Source: Anaerotignum sp.
Lineage (GTDB): Bacteria > Bacillota > Clostridia > Lachnospirales > Anaerotignaceae
Reading direction: 5' to 3'
DNA: 64,000 nt
Assembly: GCA_017483025.1 (NCBI GenBank)
Contig: JAFUMA010000124.1
Coordinates: 2,486 to 66,485, forward strand
Positions 56,358 to 64,000 of the stretch are shown one piece after another. Below the pieces are notes generated by a model. The model was not told the origin of the DNA. It saw only the letters and a list, made by a program, of their open reading frames with translations, and searched no databases. Position 1 is the first letter of the stretch, and each line of letters opens with the position of its first letter. A program made the translations under genes and the position numbers.

Positions 56358-57350
56358 CTATTGTTCTTCAACAGCTTCACAGTATTTTGCCAAATCTAGA
56401 TTATATATTTTTAGATTTTCCTTCTCAAATGAAGTTGCCAGCTTCCATACAAATCTATATTCTTTTTCATGAAGAAATTCTTCAGGTTTATTCATTATAA
56501 TGTCGTTCTCAGCGGTATCTTTAATAAATTGTCCAAGTTTTTCTCCCAAGAATAAGCCAGTAGAGTCCATCTCTTTACAAAAGTCCGTTACAAAATTATC
56601 CGTTTCTATAGAAATAACTTTATCGTTATACATACAATAGCCATGTAAAACTTCTGAAACCAAAAGTCCCATTTTATTAAGAGCACATGTAACTTCCTTA
56701 TGAAAGCTATTTACATCTGTTACTCTGATTAATGCTGAACTATCCTTGGCTTCATCTGGCGAAGAAAACGTTGTGCATAATACGAGAAGACTATCATCAA
56801 AACCTATATCCACTTCCATTTTTTTATTATTTTCAATTATTTCAACAATATTTCTCAATTCATACCTATCACGGCGCGCTTCATTCTCCAATGTTCTGCA
56901 TTGTTTAAATGTGGATAAAAGCAACTCCCCTTTTTTAATAAGGGCCTTAACAAAACCAGGCTGACCAAGATCTCTATACAATGCTTTTGGATCTTCAGAA
57001 TTTTTATACACGGTATGTTCTGCAGCCATCCTCCAATTCAAAGATTCTACTTGATTAATTACCCCTACCATTTCATGTGGCGCGACAACCTGATATTCAT
57101 ACTCAAGCACAGATTTCATTCCCTTTATAATTCTAAACTTATATGTAGAAAAAAATGGCTGATACTGCCACACAAATTTACGCGCATCTTCCAAAGAAGA
57201 AAATCCATAAACAATTATCTGTGCAGTTCTTCGAATCTTCATTTCTATTGGCAAATGTGGTATAGCCGTATAGCCTTCAGGCAATTGTTTCTGAATAGCT
57301 TCGTAATCAAATTCTTTAAATCTTAGTTTCTGCTGATTCATATCACTCAT
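56358..57350 (-). CDS. Orphan hypothetical protein (330 aa), AT-rich gene
   Basis: Long clean ORF with GGAGG 7 nt upstream of the ATG at 57350. No TM segment or signal peptide. No motif I can assign with confidence; there is a faint, unverified resemblance to DUF2971 in the C-terminal half (...EKEYRFVW). Confidence 0.6.
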   Translation of the reverse strand: MSDMNQQKLRFKEFDYEAIQKQLPEGYTAIPHLPIEMKIRRTAQIIVYGFSSLEDARKFVWQYQPFFSTYKFRIIKGMKSVLEYEYQVVAPHEMVGVINQVESLNWRMAAEHTVYKNSEDPKALYRDLGQPGFVKALIKKGELLLSTFKQCRTLENEARRDRYELRNIVEIIENNKKMEVDIGFDDSLLVLCTTFSSPDEAKDSSALIRVTDVNSFHKEVTCALNKMGLLVSEVLHGYCMYNDKVISIETDNFVTDFCKEMDSTGLFLGEKLGQFIKDTAENDIIMNKPEEFLHEKEYRFVWKLATSFEKENLKIYNLDLAKYCEAVEEQ

Positions 57351-57551
57351 TGCTATGACCTCCTTGTTCAAGAATCTTCTTACGATTATTGTAACATATT
57401 ACTCATAACAATAAGTCTCGATTTTCCACCTCCATTGTCAACGTGAAAATCATCTGCTGCACCCACCTTATTGAACCCCCGTCCACTGATTTCCCTAATA
57501 GTTCTTCCTGTTGTAACCTTCGTCATTTTCACTAAATTTAAGATAAAAATA

Positions 57552-57587
57552 AGGGCATCTAGCCAGTCTTTACTGGCTAAATGCCCT
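57552..57587 (-). terminator. Intrinsic terminator immediately after direct-repeat copy B (the functional ssrA terminator)
   Basis: Minus strand reads AGGGCATTTAGCCAGT-aaag-ACTGGCTAGATGCCCT followed by TATTTTT. Confidence 0.75.
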
Positions 57588-57592
57588 ATCAC

Positions 57593-57643
57593 AAGTGTTT
57601 CAGCCAGTCAATCCTTTGACGTGCTGAATGATAGTGGAGGTGA
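57593..57643. repeat. Direct-repeat copy B (ssrA 3' end plus flank)
   Basis: See copy A. Confidence 0.65.
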
Positions 57644-57990
57644 GGGGAATTGAACCCCTGTCCGAAAACCCATCCATAAGAACTTCTCCCATCACAGTCA
57701 GTCTTTTAACATTCCCTCGTTACAACGCCGAATGACAGGCTTTGTCCCTCAGTAGCTTCATGAATCTTTTCCTGCCGCAAAGCTTAGGCAGAAAAGTTCC
57801 CCACCAAGTCGATGCCGGACTCTCCGGCGGTGAGAAACCGGAGGCCGACAGGCGCCGTTAATTAGGCAGCCAGTGCAAAATTATTTTTGTCGTTTCTTTT
57901 TAAAAAAGGTTCCAGCTTGATGACGCGGTTCACTGGTCCGCGGATGGCTATCCCTACTTTCAAGACTCCCGTCGAAACCATTGCACCCCC
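57635..57990 (-). ncRNA. ssrA: tmRNA (SsrA)
   Basis: Minus strand starts GGGGGTGCAATGGTTTCGACGGG and ends GGACAGGGGTTCAATTCCCCTCACCTCCA. An internal tag frame reads ...AAT AAT TTT GCA CTG GCT GCC TAA, so the tag ends in ...NNFALAA. Lies directly downstream of smpB. Confidence 0.9.
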
Positions 57991-58034
57991 GCGAGCTTCG
58001 CTCGCAGAGCGAATGAAATATAAACGACAAATCC

Positions 58035-58508
58035 TTACAAAGTAAGATTTCTGATTTTAAAATCTTTTTCCGCCTGACGACGTACATCGTTCTTGGCAAT
58101 GGTATCCCTCTTGTCATAGAGTTTTTTACCTTTTGCCAGCGCCACATCTACTTTCACATAGCTGCGGTCAAAATACACCTTCAGGGGAACCACTGTATAA
58201 CCCGCTGCGCGGACTTCATGGTCCCATTTGCGGATCTGCACCTTATGCAGCAGCAGTCTTCTGGGGCGCAGAGGGTCTTTGTTGAAGATATTGCCCTGTT
58301 CGTAGGGGCTGATGTGCATGTTGTAGATGAAAGCTTCCCCATCCCTGATCTGGATGTAGCTTTCCTTCAGGCTGCACTTGCCCGCACGCAGGCTTTTCAC
58401 CTCTGTCCCAGCCAAAGAAATGCCGGCCTGTATGGTTTCTTCGATGAAGTAATCATGATATGCTTTTTTATTTTGCGCAATCAGCTTTGTTCCCTTCGCC
58501 TTTGCCAT
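58035..58508 (-). CDS. smpB: SsrA-binding protein
   Basis: IAQNKKAYHDYFIEE...GTEVKSLR...RPRRLLLHK, the SmpB signature. Confidence 0.95.
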   Translation of the reverse strand: MAKAKGTKLIAQNKKAYHDYFIEETIQAGISLAGTEVKSLRAGKCSLKESYIQIRDGEAFIYNMHISPYEQGNIFNKDPLRPRRLLLHKVQIRKWDHEVRAAGYTVVPLKVYFDRSYVKVDVALAKGKKLYDKRDTIAKNDVRRQAEKDFKIRNLTL

Positions 58509-58761
58509 ACAGAATCACCTGCCTCTTTGTCCTATTCCTACTGCAGGAATAACTATACCATAGAATATAGAAAAAATCAAATGACGTTTCTATTACAATT
58601 TTTCAATTCTTTTACAGAAACCCTTGAAATTTCGGGCTTTTTTGACTCTATCTCTAAGAAAGCGGCAATTCTTACAGTTTCCTTAAATTCATAGGAACCC
58701 TTTCCCTCATTCTTTTTTTCTGCTATGATAAACAAAAAATTCCTATGAAAGGAGACTATTT

Positions 58762-59049
58762 ATGCTTACAACAAAAACAGTTAAAAGACTTTTTCTGATT
58801 TTTATATTTTTCTTTCTCCTGTGGTTCGCCGCTATGGCCACAGACCTGCTTCGCCTGAATGATTTTGAAAAACCCATTTTTGCCCACCCCACTGTCACAG
58901 CCGATGACGGCGGCTCCGGCACCTACGAGGGCCTGGGCTGGCGCATTGAACTGGAAGGCAATTTTATGCCCGAGGAGGAACTCCCCGGTGTGACTCAGTT
59001 TGAATTTTATCTCTTTGACGACATGGTACACGCAGGTATCCGTGACTAA
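58762..59049 (+). CDS. Hypothetical membrane-anchored small protein (95 aa)
   Basis: AAAGGAG RBS, an N-terminal TM segment, followed by a terminator. Confidence 0.5.
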   Translation: MLTTKTVKRLFLIFIFFFLLWFAAMATDLLRLNDFEKPIFAHPTVTADDGGSGTYEGLGWRIELEGNFMPEEELPGVTQFEFYLFDDMVHAGIRD

Positions 59050-59052
59050 AAA

Positions 59053-59074
59053 AGAACCCTCAAAAGAGGGTTCT
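59053..59074. terminator. Bidirectional terminator (rnr and the small plus-strand ORF)
   Basis: AGAACCCTC-aaaa-GAGGGTTCT flanked by A and T runs. Confidence 0.75.
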
Positions 59075-59079
59075 TTCTT

Positions 59080-61236
59080 TTACGCAAAATCTTCGAAATC
59101 TTCTTCGAAAACAAAATCAATGGTGCCCATCATACGGTCAACCTTTGCCACAGAGACAGTCACCCTGTCCCCCAGACGATAGCTTTTTCTCGTTCTTCTG
59201 CCGAAGACCAGCATATTGTTGTCGTCAAATTCGTAGTAATCATCATCCATCTGCGACAGAGAGACCATCCCTTCGATGGTATTGGGCAATTCCACATAGA
59301 TGCCCCAGTTCGTTACACCTGAGATAATACCTTCGTAAATCTCACCGACCTTGTCTTCCATGTATTCCACTTTTTTCAGGGCATCCGTATCTCTTTCCGC
59401 GTCCTCCGCAATGCGTTCCTGTTTGGAGCAATGCTTTGCCCAATCGGGCATTTTTCTGCGATAGTTCAAAGAGGATTTTTCATCCAACTCACCATGGAGC
59501 ATCTTTTTGATCATACGATGAATCTCCAGGTCGGGATATCTGCGGATGGGAGAAGTAAAGTGGCAATAATATTTTGCTGCCAGGCCAAAATGTCCGCCGT
59601 TTTCCGCTGTATATCTTGCCTGCATCATGCTGCGCAGCACCATACGGGTAATGATGCGTTCCTCATCAGTGCCTTCCGCTGTCCGCAGCACCTTCTGAAT
59701 CTCGCGAGGGTGAATTTCACCATCTTTCTTTCTCAGATGGTAGCCAAACCCCCGCAGGAACTGTTCCATTTTTTCCAGTTTTTCTTCATCAGGCTCCTGA
59801 TGGCTGCGGTACATGAAGGGCATTTCCTGCCAGAAAGAATTTTCCGCGATGGTCTCGTTGCACACCAGCATGAATTCCTCGATCATATTTGTGGCGATGC
59901 TTCTTTCATAAGGCTTGATATCGATGGGCTTGCCGTTTTCATCCAGAATGATTTTGGATTCGGGCAGATCGAAATTCACAGAACCACGTTTTCTTCTCTT
60001 TGTGCCTAAAATCTGACGCAACTCTTCCATATCATCCAGCATGGGCAGAATTTCCGCATACTGTTCCAGCAGTTCAGGGGTTTCATCCTCCAGAATTTCT
60101 CTTACGGCTGTATACGTCATACGATAGTTGGAATTAATGAGCGTTTCCGCAATGCGATGGGCAACCACTTCACCTTTGCGGTCGATTTCCATGATACAGC
60201 TGAGAGCCAGTCTGTCCACATGGGGATTCAGGGAACAGATGCCGTTGCTCAGCTTATGGGGCAGCATAGGAATGACCCTATCCACCAGATACACACTGGT
60301 ACCTCTTGCGTAGGCTTCTTTATCCAATTCTGTATATTCACGCACATAGTGGGAAACATCCGCAATATGCACGCCCAATTCAAAATTGCCGTTGTTCAGC
60401 TTCTGCAGGGAAATGGCGTCGTCCAAATCCTTGGCATCCTCGCCATCAATGGTGATGGTCAGCAGGTCTCGCAGGTCTTCTCTGCCTTTTTTATCTTCCT
60501 CCGCCACCTCTGTGCCCAGATTTTCGATTTCCTTATACACTTCCTCGGGGAATTCCACCGCCAGTTCATACCTGCGAATGACGGAAAGGATATCTACACC
60601 GGGGTCGTTCACATGGCCCAAAATCTCCACAACTTTCCCCTCGGGGTTGCGTCTGTCCTCGCCGTAATCAATGATTTCCACCACAACTTTGTGGCCTGTC
60701 ACAGCCCCTTTGGTATGGTCTCTGGAAACAAAAATATCCTTGGCAATTTTCTTATCATCCGCAACCACGAAGCCATAGCCTTTGCTTCCCGCTTCAAAGG
60801 TACCAACGATGCGCTGCTGTCCTCTTTCCAGAATACGTACAATGACACCATCGGCCTTTTTCCCCTTTTCCGCTTTATGCAGCACTTTATAGAGGACTTT
60901 ATCCTTCTGCATGGCACCCATGGTTTCACTGGCAGGAATAAAGATATCATCGCCTCCTTCATCGGGCGTCACGAAGCCAAACCCTCTGGCATGTCCAATA
61001 AAAGAGCCTGTTGCCATCTGCAGGTCTTTCGGAGAAGCCAGCTTCCCTTTTTTCGTTTCAAAAATACGGCCTTCATTCAGCAGCTCGTCGATCACAGCCT
61101 CAAATTTTTCTCTATCTTCCGCAGGAACAGAAAGCATAGCGCGCATATCCCTGCGCTTCATGGGCACATAATCTTCGCTTTCAATATATGCTAAAATCCG
61201 CTCTTTTCTTTCTTTTAAAATATCAATTTCTTCCAT
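59080..61236 (-). CDS. rnr: Ribonuclease R
   Basis: RNB domain (TIDGEDAKDLDDAIS), cold-shock-like OB folds and a C-terminal S1 domain (GEIYEGIISGVTNWGIYVEL). Start at MEEIDIL (GGAG RBS). Confidence 0.9.
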   Translation of the reverse strand: MEEIDILKERKERILAYIESEDYVPMKRRDMRAMLSVPAEDREKFEAVIDELLNEGRIFETKKGKLASPKDLQMATGSFIGHARGFGFVTPDEGGDDIFIPASETMGAMQKDKVLYKVLHKAEKGKKADGVIVRILERGQQRIVGTFEAGSKGYGFVVADDKKIAKDIFVSRDHTKGAVTGHKVVVEIIDYGEDRRNPEGKVVEILGHVNDPGVDILSVIRRYELAVEFPEEVYKEIENLGTEVAEEDKKGREDLRDLLTITIDGEDAKDLDDAISLQKLNNGNFELGVHIADVSHYVREYTELDKEAYARGTSVYLVDRVIPMLPHKLSNGICSLNPHVDRLALSCIMEIDRKGEVVAHRIAETLINSNYRMTYTAVREILEDETPELLEQYAEILPMLDDMEELRQILGTKRRKRGSVNFDLPESKIILDENGKPIDIKPYERSIATNMIEEFMLVCNETIAENSFWQEMPFMYRSHQEPDEEKLEKMEQFLRGFGYHLRKKDGEIHPREIQKVLRTAEGTDEERIITRMVLRSMMQARYTAENGGHFGLAAKYYCHFTSPIRRYPDLEIHRMIKKMLHGELDEKSSLNYRRKMPDWAKHCSKQERIAEDAERDTDALKKVEYMEDKVGEIYEGIISGVTNWGIYVELPNTIEGMVSLSQMDDDYYEFDDNNMLVFGRRTRKSYRLGDRVTVSVAKVDRMMGTIDFVFEEDFEDFA

Positions 61237-61300
61237 AGAATTTCTCCTTCTATTCTCCTGTTTTGCCTTATCTTTCCCCAAATCTTCTCATTCTATAAAA

Positions 61301-61329
61301 AAAGAGATGTCTGATTCTGACATCTCTTT
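61301..61329 (-). terminator. Intrinsic terminator after secG
   Basis: Minus strand reads AAAGAGATGTC-agaatca-GACATCTCTTT followed by a T-run. Confidence 0.7.
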
Positions 61330-61342
61330 CGTTCGCTTTTTC

Positions 61343-61585
61343 TTAACCTACCAGATTTACGATGAACGCAATGATCATGAACAGTGCGCCGCCGATTTTT
61401 GTGTATTTTTCCAGTGCACCTTCCATAGAATTGCCTTTGTTTTTGCTCCAGTAAGAATCACCGCTGCTGCTGCCACCTACTGCACCCAGACCAGCGGAAC
61501 GTTTGGACTGCATCAGAATGATAGCCGCCAGAACAACTGCCAGGATCATCAAAACAACTGTTAATACTGTACCGATTGTAGACAT
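61343..61585 (-). CDS. secG: Preprotein translocase subunit SecG
   Basis: About 80 aa with two TM segments and a central GGSSSG-type loop. AGGAGG RBS at MSTIG. Conserved secG-rnr-smpB-ssrA synteny. Confidence 0.8.
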   Translation of the reverse strand: MSTIGTVLTVVLMILAVVLAAIILMQSKRSAGLGAVGGSSSGDSYWSKNKGNSMEGALEKYTKIGGALFMIIAFIVNLVG

Positions 61586-61711
61586 ACAAAAACCTCCTGT
61601 ATTTTCACTCATTCAGAGTGTTATCTCATCGAATTTTGGGGACACTCCTCCCCACTATTTGCATATTGTAGCACATTCTACTGCCCTTCGCAACTGTTTT
61701 TTGCCGAAAAG

Positions 61712-63112
61712 TCAGCCTTCCGCCTTTTTCTGCAAAGCCGCCTGCTGTCTGGAAAGGCCGCGGAAATTGATAGCGACCATGGTAATGGAAAGGAGTGCTG
61801 CCAGGGCATCAGAGATCGGCCCCGCAAGTAATACGCCGTTCAAGCCAAATTGCAAAGGAAGCAGCAGCAGCATGGGAATCAGGATAAAGCCCTGCCTGGA
61901 TGCAGAAAGGATGATGCCCTGCTTTACATTGCCGATGCTGGTAAAATAATTCACTGTAATGGGCTGCAGACCAAAAAGAAATACCATAAACAAATAAACA
62001 CGCAGATATTTCTCCGCAAACTGGAAATATAATTCATTCCCCACGCCAAAAATACTGATGACTTCTCTGGGGAAGAACTGGAACAGCAAAAACGCCGCTG
62101 CGCTGAAGCACAACCCGGTTTTTACTGCTTTTTTATACGTAGCTTTCACGCGATCGTAATTTTTTGCCCCCATGTTAAAACCAAGGATGGGCTGGCAGCC
62201 CTGCGCGAGGCCAACAACGAAAGAGATCATAATGCTGTTCAGCTTCGCTGCTACGCCGGAAACCGCCAGAGGGATATCCTTCCCATAGATGGACAGCGCC
62301 CCATAGTATGTCAGAGAATTGTTCAGCACGATATTCACCATCATCATAATCGTATGATTGATAAAGTTACTTGTCCCCAGCTTTGCGATTTTCCCAACAT
62401 AAGCCCATTTCAGGCCCAGCATATCCTTTCGGATAGGAAATGTCTTGAATTTGGGAAAATAACGGATACACCGCAGGAAGGAAAACATCTGGCTGACAAT
62501 GGTCGCCAATGCCGCCCCCTGGATGCCCCAGTCTAATGCAAACAGGAACAACCAGTCCAAAAATACATTTAAAACCGCACCGCTGACCATACAGGTCATA
62601 GAATAAGAAGGACTGCCATCCGCACGGATGATCATACTGGCCGCACTGGTGAACAGCAGAAAAGGAATCCCAATGGCCGCGATGCCAAGGTAATCCTGTG
62701 CCAAAGGCAATACGGTTTCCGTTGCCCCGCAAATCAGCAAAATTGGTGTTTTAAACAGCAAAACCACCGCCATGAACAAAAGCCCGGCCACGCTCATCAT
62801 TGTCAGCCCGGTGCCAATAAACTTCTTTGCTTCTTCCAGTCTCTTTGCCCCCAGATTGATATTGAAGTTTGCCGCTGTACCAACCCCGATCAGCTGAGCA
62901 AAAGCCATCAAAAGGGTCGTCACCGGAAAGGCAACATTCGTTGCCGCATTTCCCAGCATCCCCACTACATGGCCAATAAAAATCTGGTCTGTCATATTAT
63001 AAGCCGCCGTCACCAGCAAGCTGATGATAGACGGTATGGCAAATTTTCGCATCAGGCCACCCAAAGGCGCATAGCCCAAAGGGTTCCCTTGCATATTTTT
63101 CTTTTCTTCCAT
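61712..63112 (-). CDS. MATE-family efflux transporter
   Basis: 466 aa with 12 TM segments. The N-terminal pattern PSIISLLVTAAYNMTDQIFIGH is typical of MatE. Confidence 0.85.
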   Translation of the reverse strand: MEEKKNMQGNPLGYAPLGGLMRKFAIPSIISLLVTAAYNMTDQIFIGHVVGMLGNAATNVAFPVTTLLMAFAQLIGVGTAANFNINLGAKRLEEAKKFIGTGLTMMSVAGLLFMAVVLLFKTPILLICGATETVLPLAQDYLGIAAIGIPFLLFTSAASMIIRADGSPSYSMTCMVSGAVLNVFLDWLFLFALDWGIQGAALATIVSQMFSFLRCIRYFPKFKTFPIRKDMLGLKWAYVGKIAKLGTSNFINHTIMMMVNIVLNNSLTYYGALSIYGKDIPLAVSGVAAKLNSIMISFVVGLAQGCQPILGFNMGAKNYDRVKATYKKAVKTGLCFSAAAFLLFQFFPREVISIFGVGNELYFQFAEKYLRVYLFMVFLFGLQPITVNYFTSIGNVKQGIILSASRQGFILIPMLLLLPLQFGLNGVLLAGPISDALAALLSITMVAINFRGLSRQQAALQKKAEG

Positions 63113-63169
63113 TTCTCTTCTCCTAAAAATGTTATTTTATCTATTTTTAATTGTACCTCTATCTCTCAA

Positions 63170-63208
63170 TAAAAAAAAGACCGAAAACAATCGGATTGTT
63201 TTCAGTCT
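63170..63208 (-). terminator. Intrinsic terminator closing the phage-tail module
   Basis: Minus strand reads AGACTGAAAACAATC/GATTGTTTTCGGTCT hairpin followed by T8. Confidence 0.65.
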
Positions 63209-63213
63209 CTTCT

Positions 63214-63777
63214 TTATTTTTCATAGGGTGTCAAATCTTCAAAAGGGATCTGTCCATAGGTCCAGCCCAGTTCCTTCATCTGCCCGTGGGTCATCACGCC
63301 CACCTTCCCATAAGTATTCGTATTCAGATCCACTTTCAGCGTCAGATTTGCGGGAATGATTTTCCGCAGGTGTTTCTGCAGGAAATCCTTTTTCTCCTTC
63401 ACGCACAGTTCCAGCACCAGATGCAGAAAATAATTCTCTCTTTCCAGTTCCGCCGCATATTTTCCAGCGCCGCAGCACCCATCCAGCCAGTCCTGCAGAT
63501 GAAAATACGTGTAAGGGCTTCGGCTGTTCCAGCGATAAAGGATTTCCTCTCTCAGAGTTTCCGTTTCCATCACTTCCGCTCCCAGAAAGCCCATCATCTT
63601 CGCCAACCGCAGCAGACCGCTTCTCTCTGCTGTCAGAATCCATTGGTTATTCACCACTTCATCTCTTGCCGCCGCTTCTTCCTCCAGAACGGCCCCTTCG
63701 ATTTCTGCCAGCTTCTGAAATTCCTGCAAATCTCTTACGGTGCTAGGTAAGTAATTGCTGTATCTGTTCTCGCTCAT
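63214..63777 (-). CDS. Phage tail/baseplate protein, DUF2313 (XkdU/YmfQ/Mu gp48-like)
   Basis: NYLPSTVRDLQEFQKLAEIEGAVLEE...NQWILTAERSGLLRLAKMMG is the characteristic N-terminal pattern. ATGA overlap with the upstream baseplate gene. Confidence 0.7.
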   Translation of the reverse strand: MSENRYSNYLPSTVRDLQEFQKLAEIEGAVLEEEAAARDEVVNNQWILTAERSGLLRLAKMMGFLGAEVMETETLREEILYRWNSRSPYTYFHLQDWLDGCCGAGKYAAELERENYFLHLVLELCVKEKKDFLQKHLRKIIPANLTLKVDLNTNTYGKVGVMTHGQMKELGWTYGQIPFEDLTPYEK

Positions 63778-64000
63778 GCGCTCACCCCAATCTCACCCAG
63801 CACAGGCACTTCATCCGCCCCCAGCACCATATTCCCGCTGTTGCCATTGATGGTGCAATCAGAAATATCTACCACGCCGTCGGCCTCCAGTGCTCTGCTT
63901 TCCAGATAACTGATACGCACTGTCAGATACTCACTGTCTGCCCAGTTTTTCCGCAATTCTTCAAAATATGTTTCGAATCTGCTCTGGATATCTGCCAGCA
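63774..64000 (-). CDS. Baseplate J-like protein, C-terminal end (gene continues past the right edge)
   Basis: The frame is open to the window edge (LADIQSRFETYFEELRKNWADSEYLTVRISYLES...VPVLGEIGVSA). It sits directly upstream of the DUF2313 gene, as in PBSX-type tail modules. Confidence 0.6.
   Translation of the reverse strand, partial: LADIQSRFETYFEELRKNWADSEYLTVRISYLESRALEADGVVDISDCTINGNSGNMVLGADEVPVLGEIGVSA

Larger units (their letters stand above)
55702..57592. mobile_element. AT-rich genomic islet at the ssrA 3' flank (no integrase detected)
   Basis: Bounded by the two 51-nt repeats. The 56.36-57.35 kb core is visibly much more AT-rich than the flanks. ssrA 3' ends are classical island integration sites. 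Confidence 0.45.

Noticed and set aside
57386-57592. 68-aa minus-strand ORF at the ssrA-proximal end of the islet, and the 63-aa plus-strand ORF at 55897-56088.
   Set aside because: - The first starts at a GTG inside the terminator hairpin and has no Shine-Dalgarno. It also covers the tmRNA-like fragment.
- The second lacks an RBS and overlaps the 3' end of the small minus-strand ORF.
- Both are treated as non-coding unless expression data say otherwise.
57881-58147. 88-aa minus-strand ORF overlapping the 5' half of ssrA and the smpB 3' end.
   Set aside because: It overlaps the well-supported tmRNA gene and the smpB CDS, and it has no RBS.

Overview
This 64-kb window is a chromosomal segment of a Gram-positive anaerobe. 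Gene content points to Firmicutes/Clostridia at roughly 50% GC, but the family cannot be assigned from sequence alone. About 58 genes are present, nearly all on the minus strand, and most are housekeeping or core carbon metabolism.

Gene content, left to right:
- Nik/Opp-type ABC importer joined to larE-larB-larC, the biosynthesis genes for the nickel-pincer (NPN) cofactor.
- RlmD-type rRNA methyltransferase, an S1-domain protein and purC.
- The conserved yhbY-nadD/yqeK-rsfS ribosome/NAD cluster.
- An XRE-cupin regulator next to a DUF819 transporter and two tandem M19 dipeptidases.
- A dnaE-mtrB(TRAP-like)-pfkA-pyk operon.
- A Met-specific T-box leader driving metY-metA.
- A barnase/barstar pair, nifJ (PFOR) and cell-wall proteins.
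- A polyol/pentitol locus: ABC transporter, Zn-dehydrogenase and xylB.
- glcK, ptsI and ptsH.
- A maltose PTS locus: EII(A-C-B), a MapP-like phosphatase, malQ and a divergent LacI regulator.
- A truncated bile-acid:Na+ symporter remnant and an SLH-anchored NlpC/P60 hydrolase.
- The secG-rnr-smpB-ssrA cluster, a MATE exporter, and the terminal fragment of a phage-tail/baseplate module at the right edge.

Best candidates for something not yet described:
1. A ~1.9-kb AT-rich islet sits exactly at the 3' flank of ssrA. It is bracketed by diverged 51-nt direct repeats, each followed by its own terminator. It encodes an orphan 330-aa protein plus a ~67-aa protein and has no integrase.
2. A TRAP (MtrB) homologue is embedded in the dnaE-pfkA-pyk operon.
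3. The larE leader has a promoter, a ~150-nt structured leader and an intrinsic terminator abutting the RBS, which is riboswitch/attenuator architecture.

I found no CRISPR array, rRNA or tRNA gene. All family assignments come from reading the translated ORFs by eye and motif recall; no database search was run.
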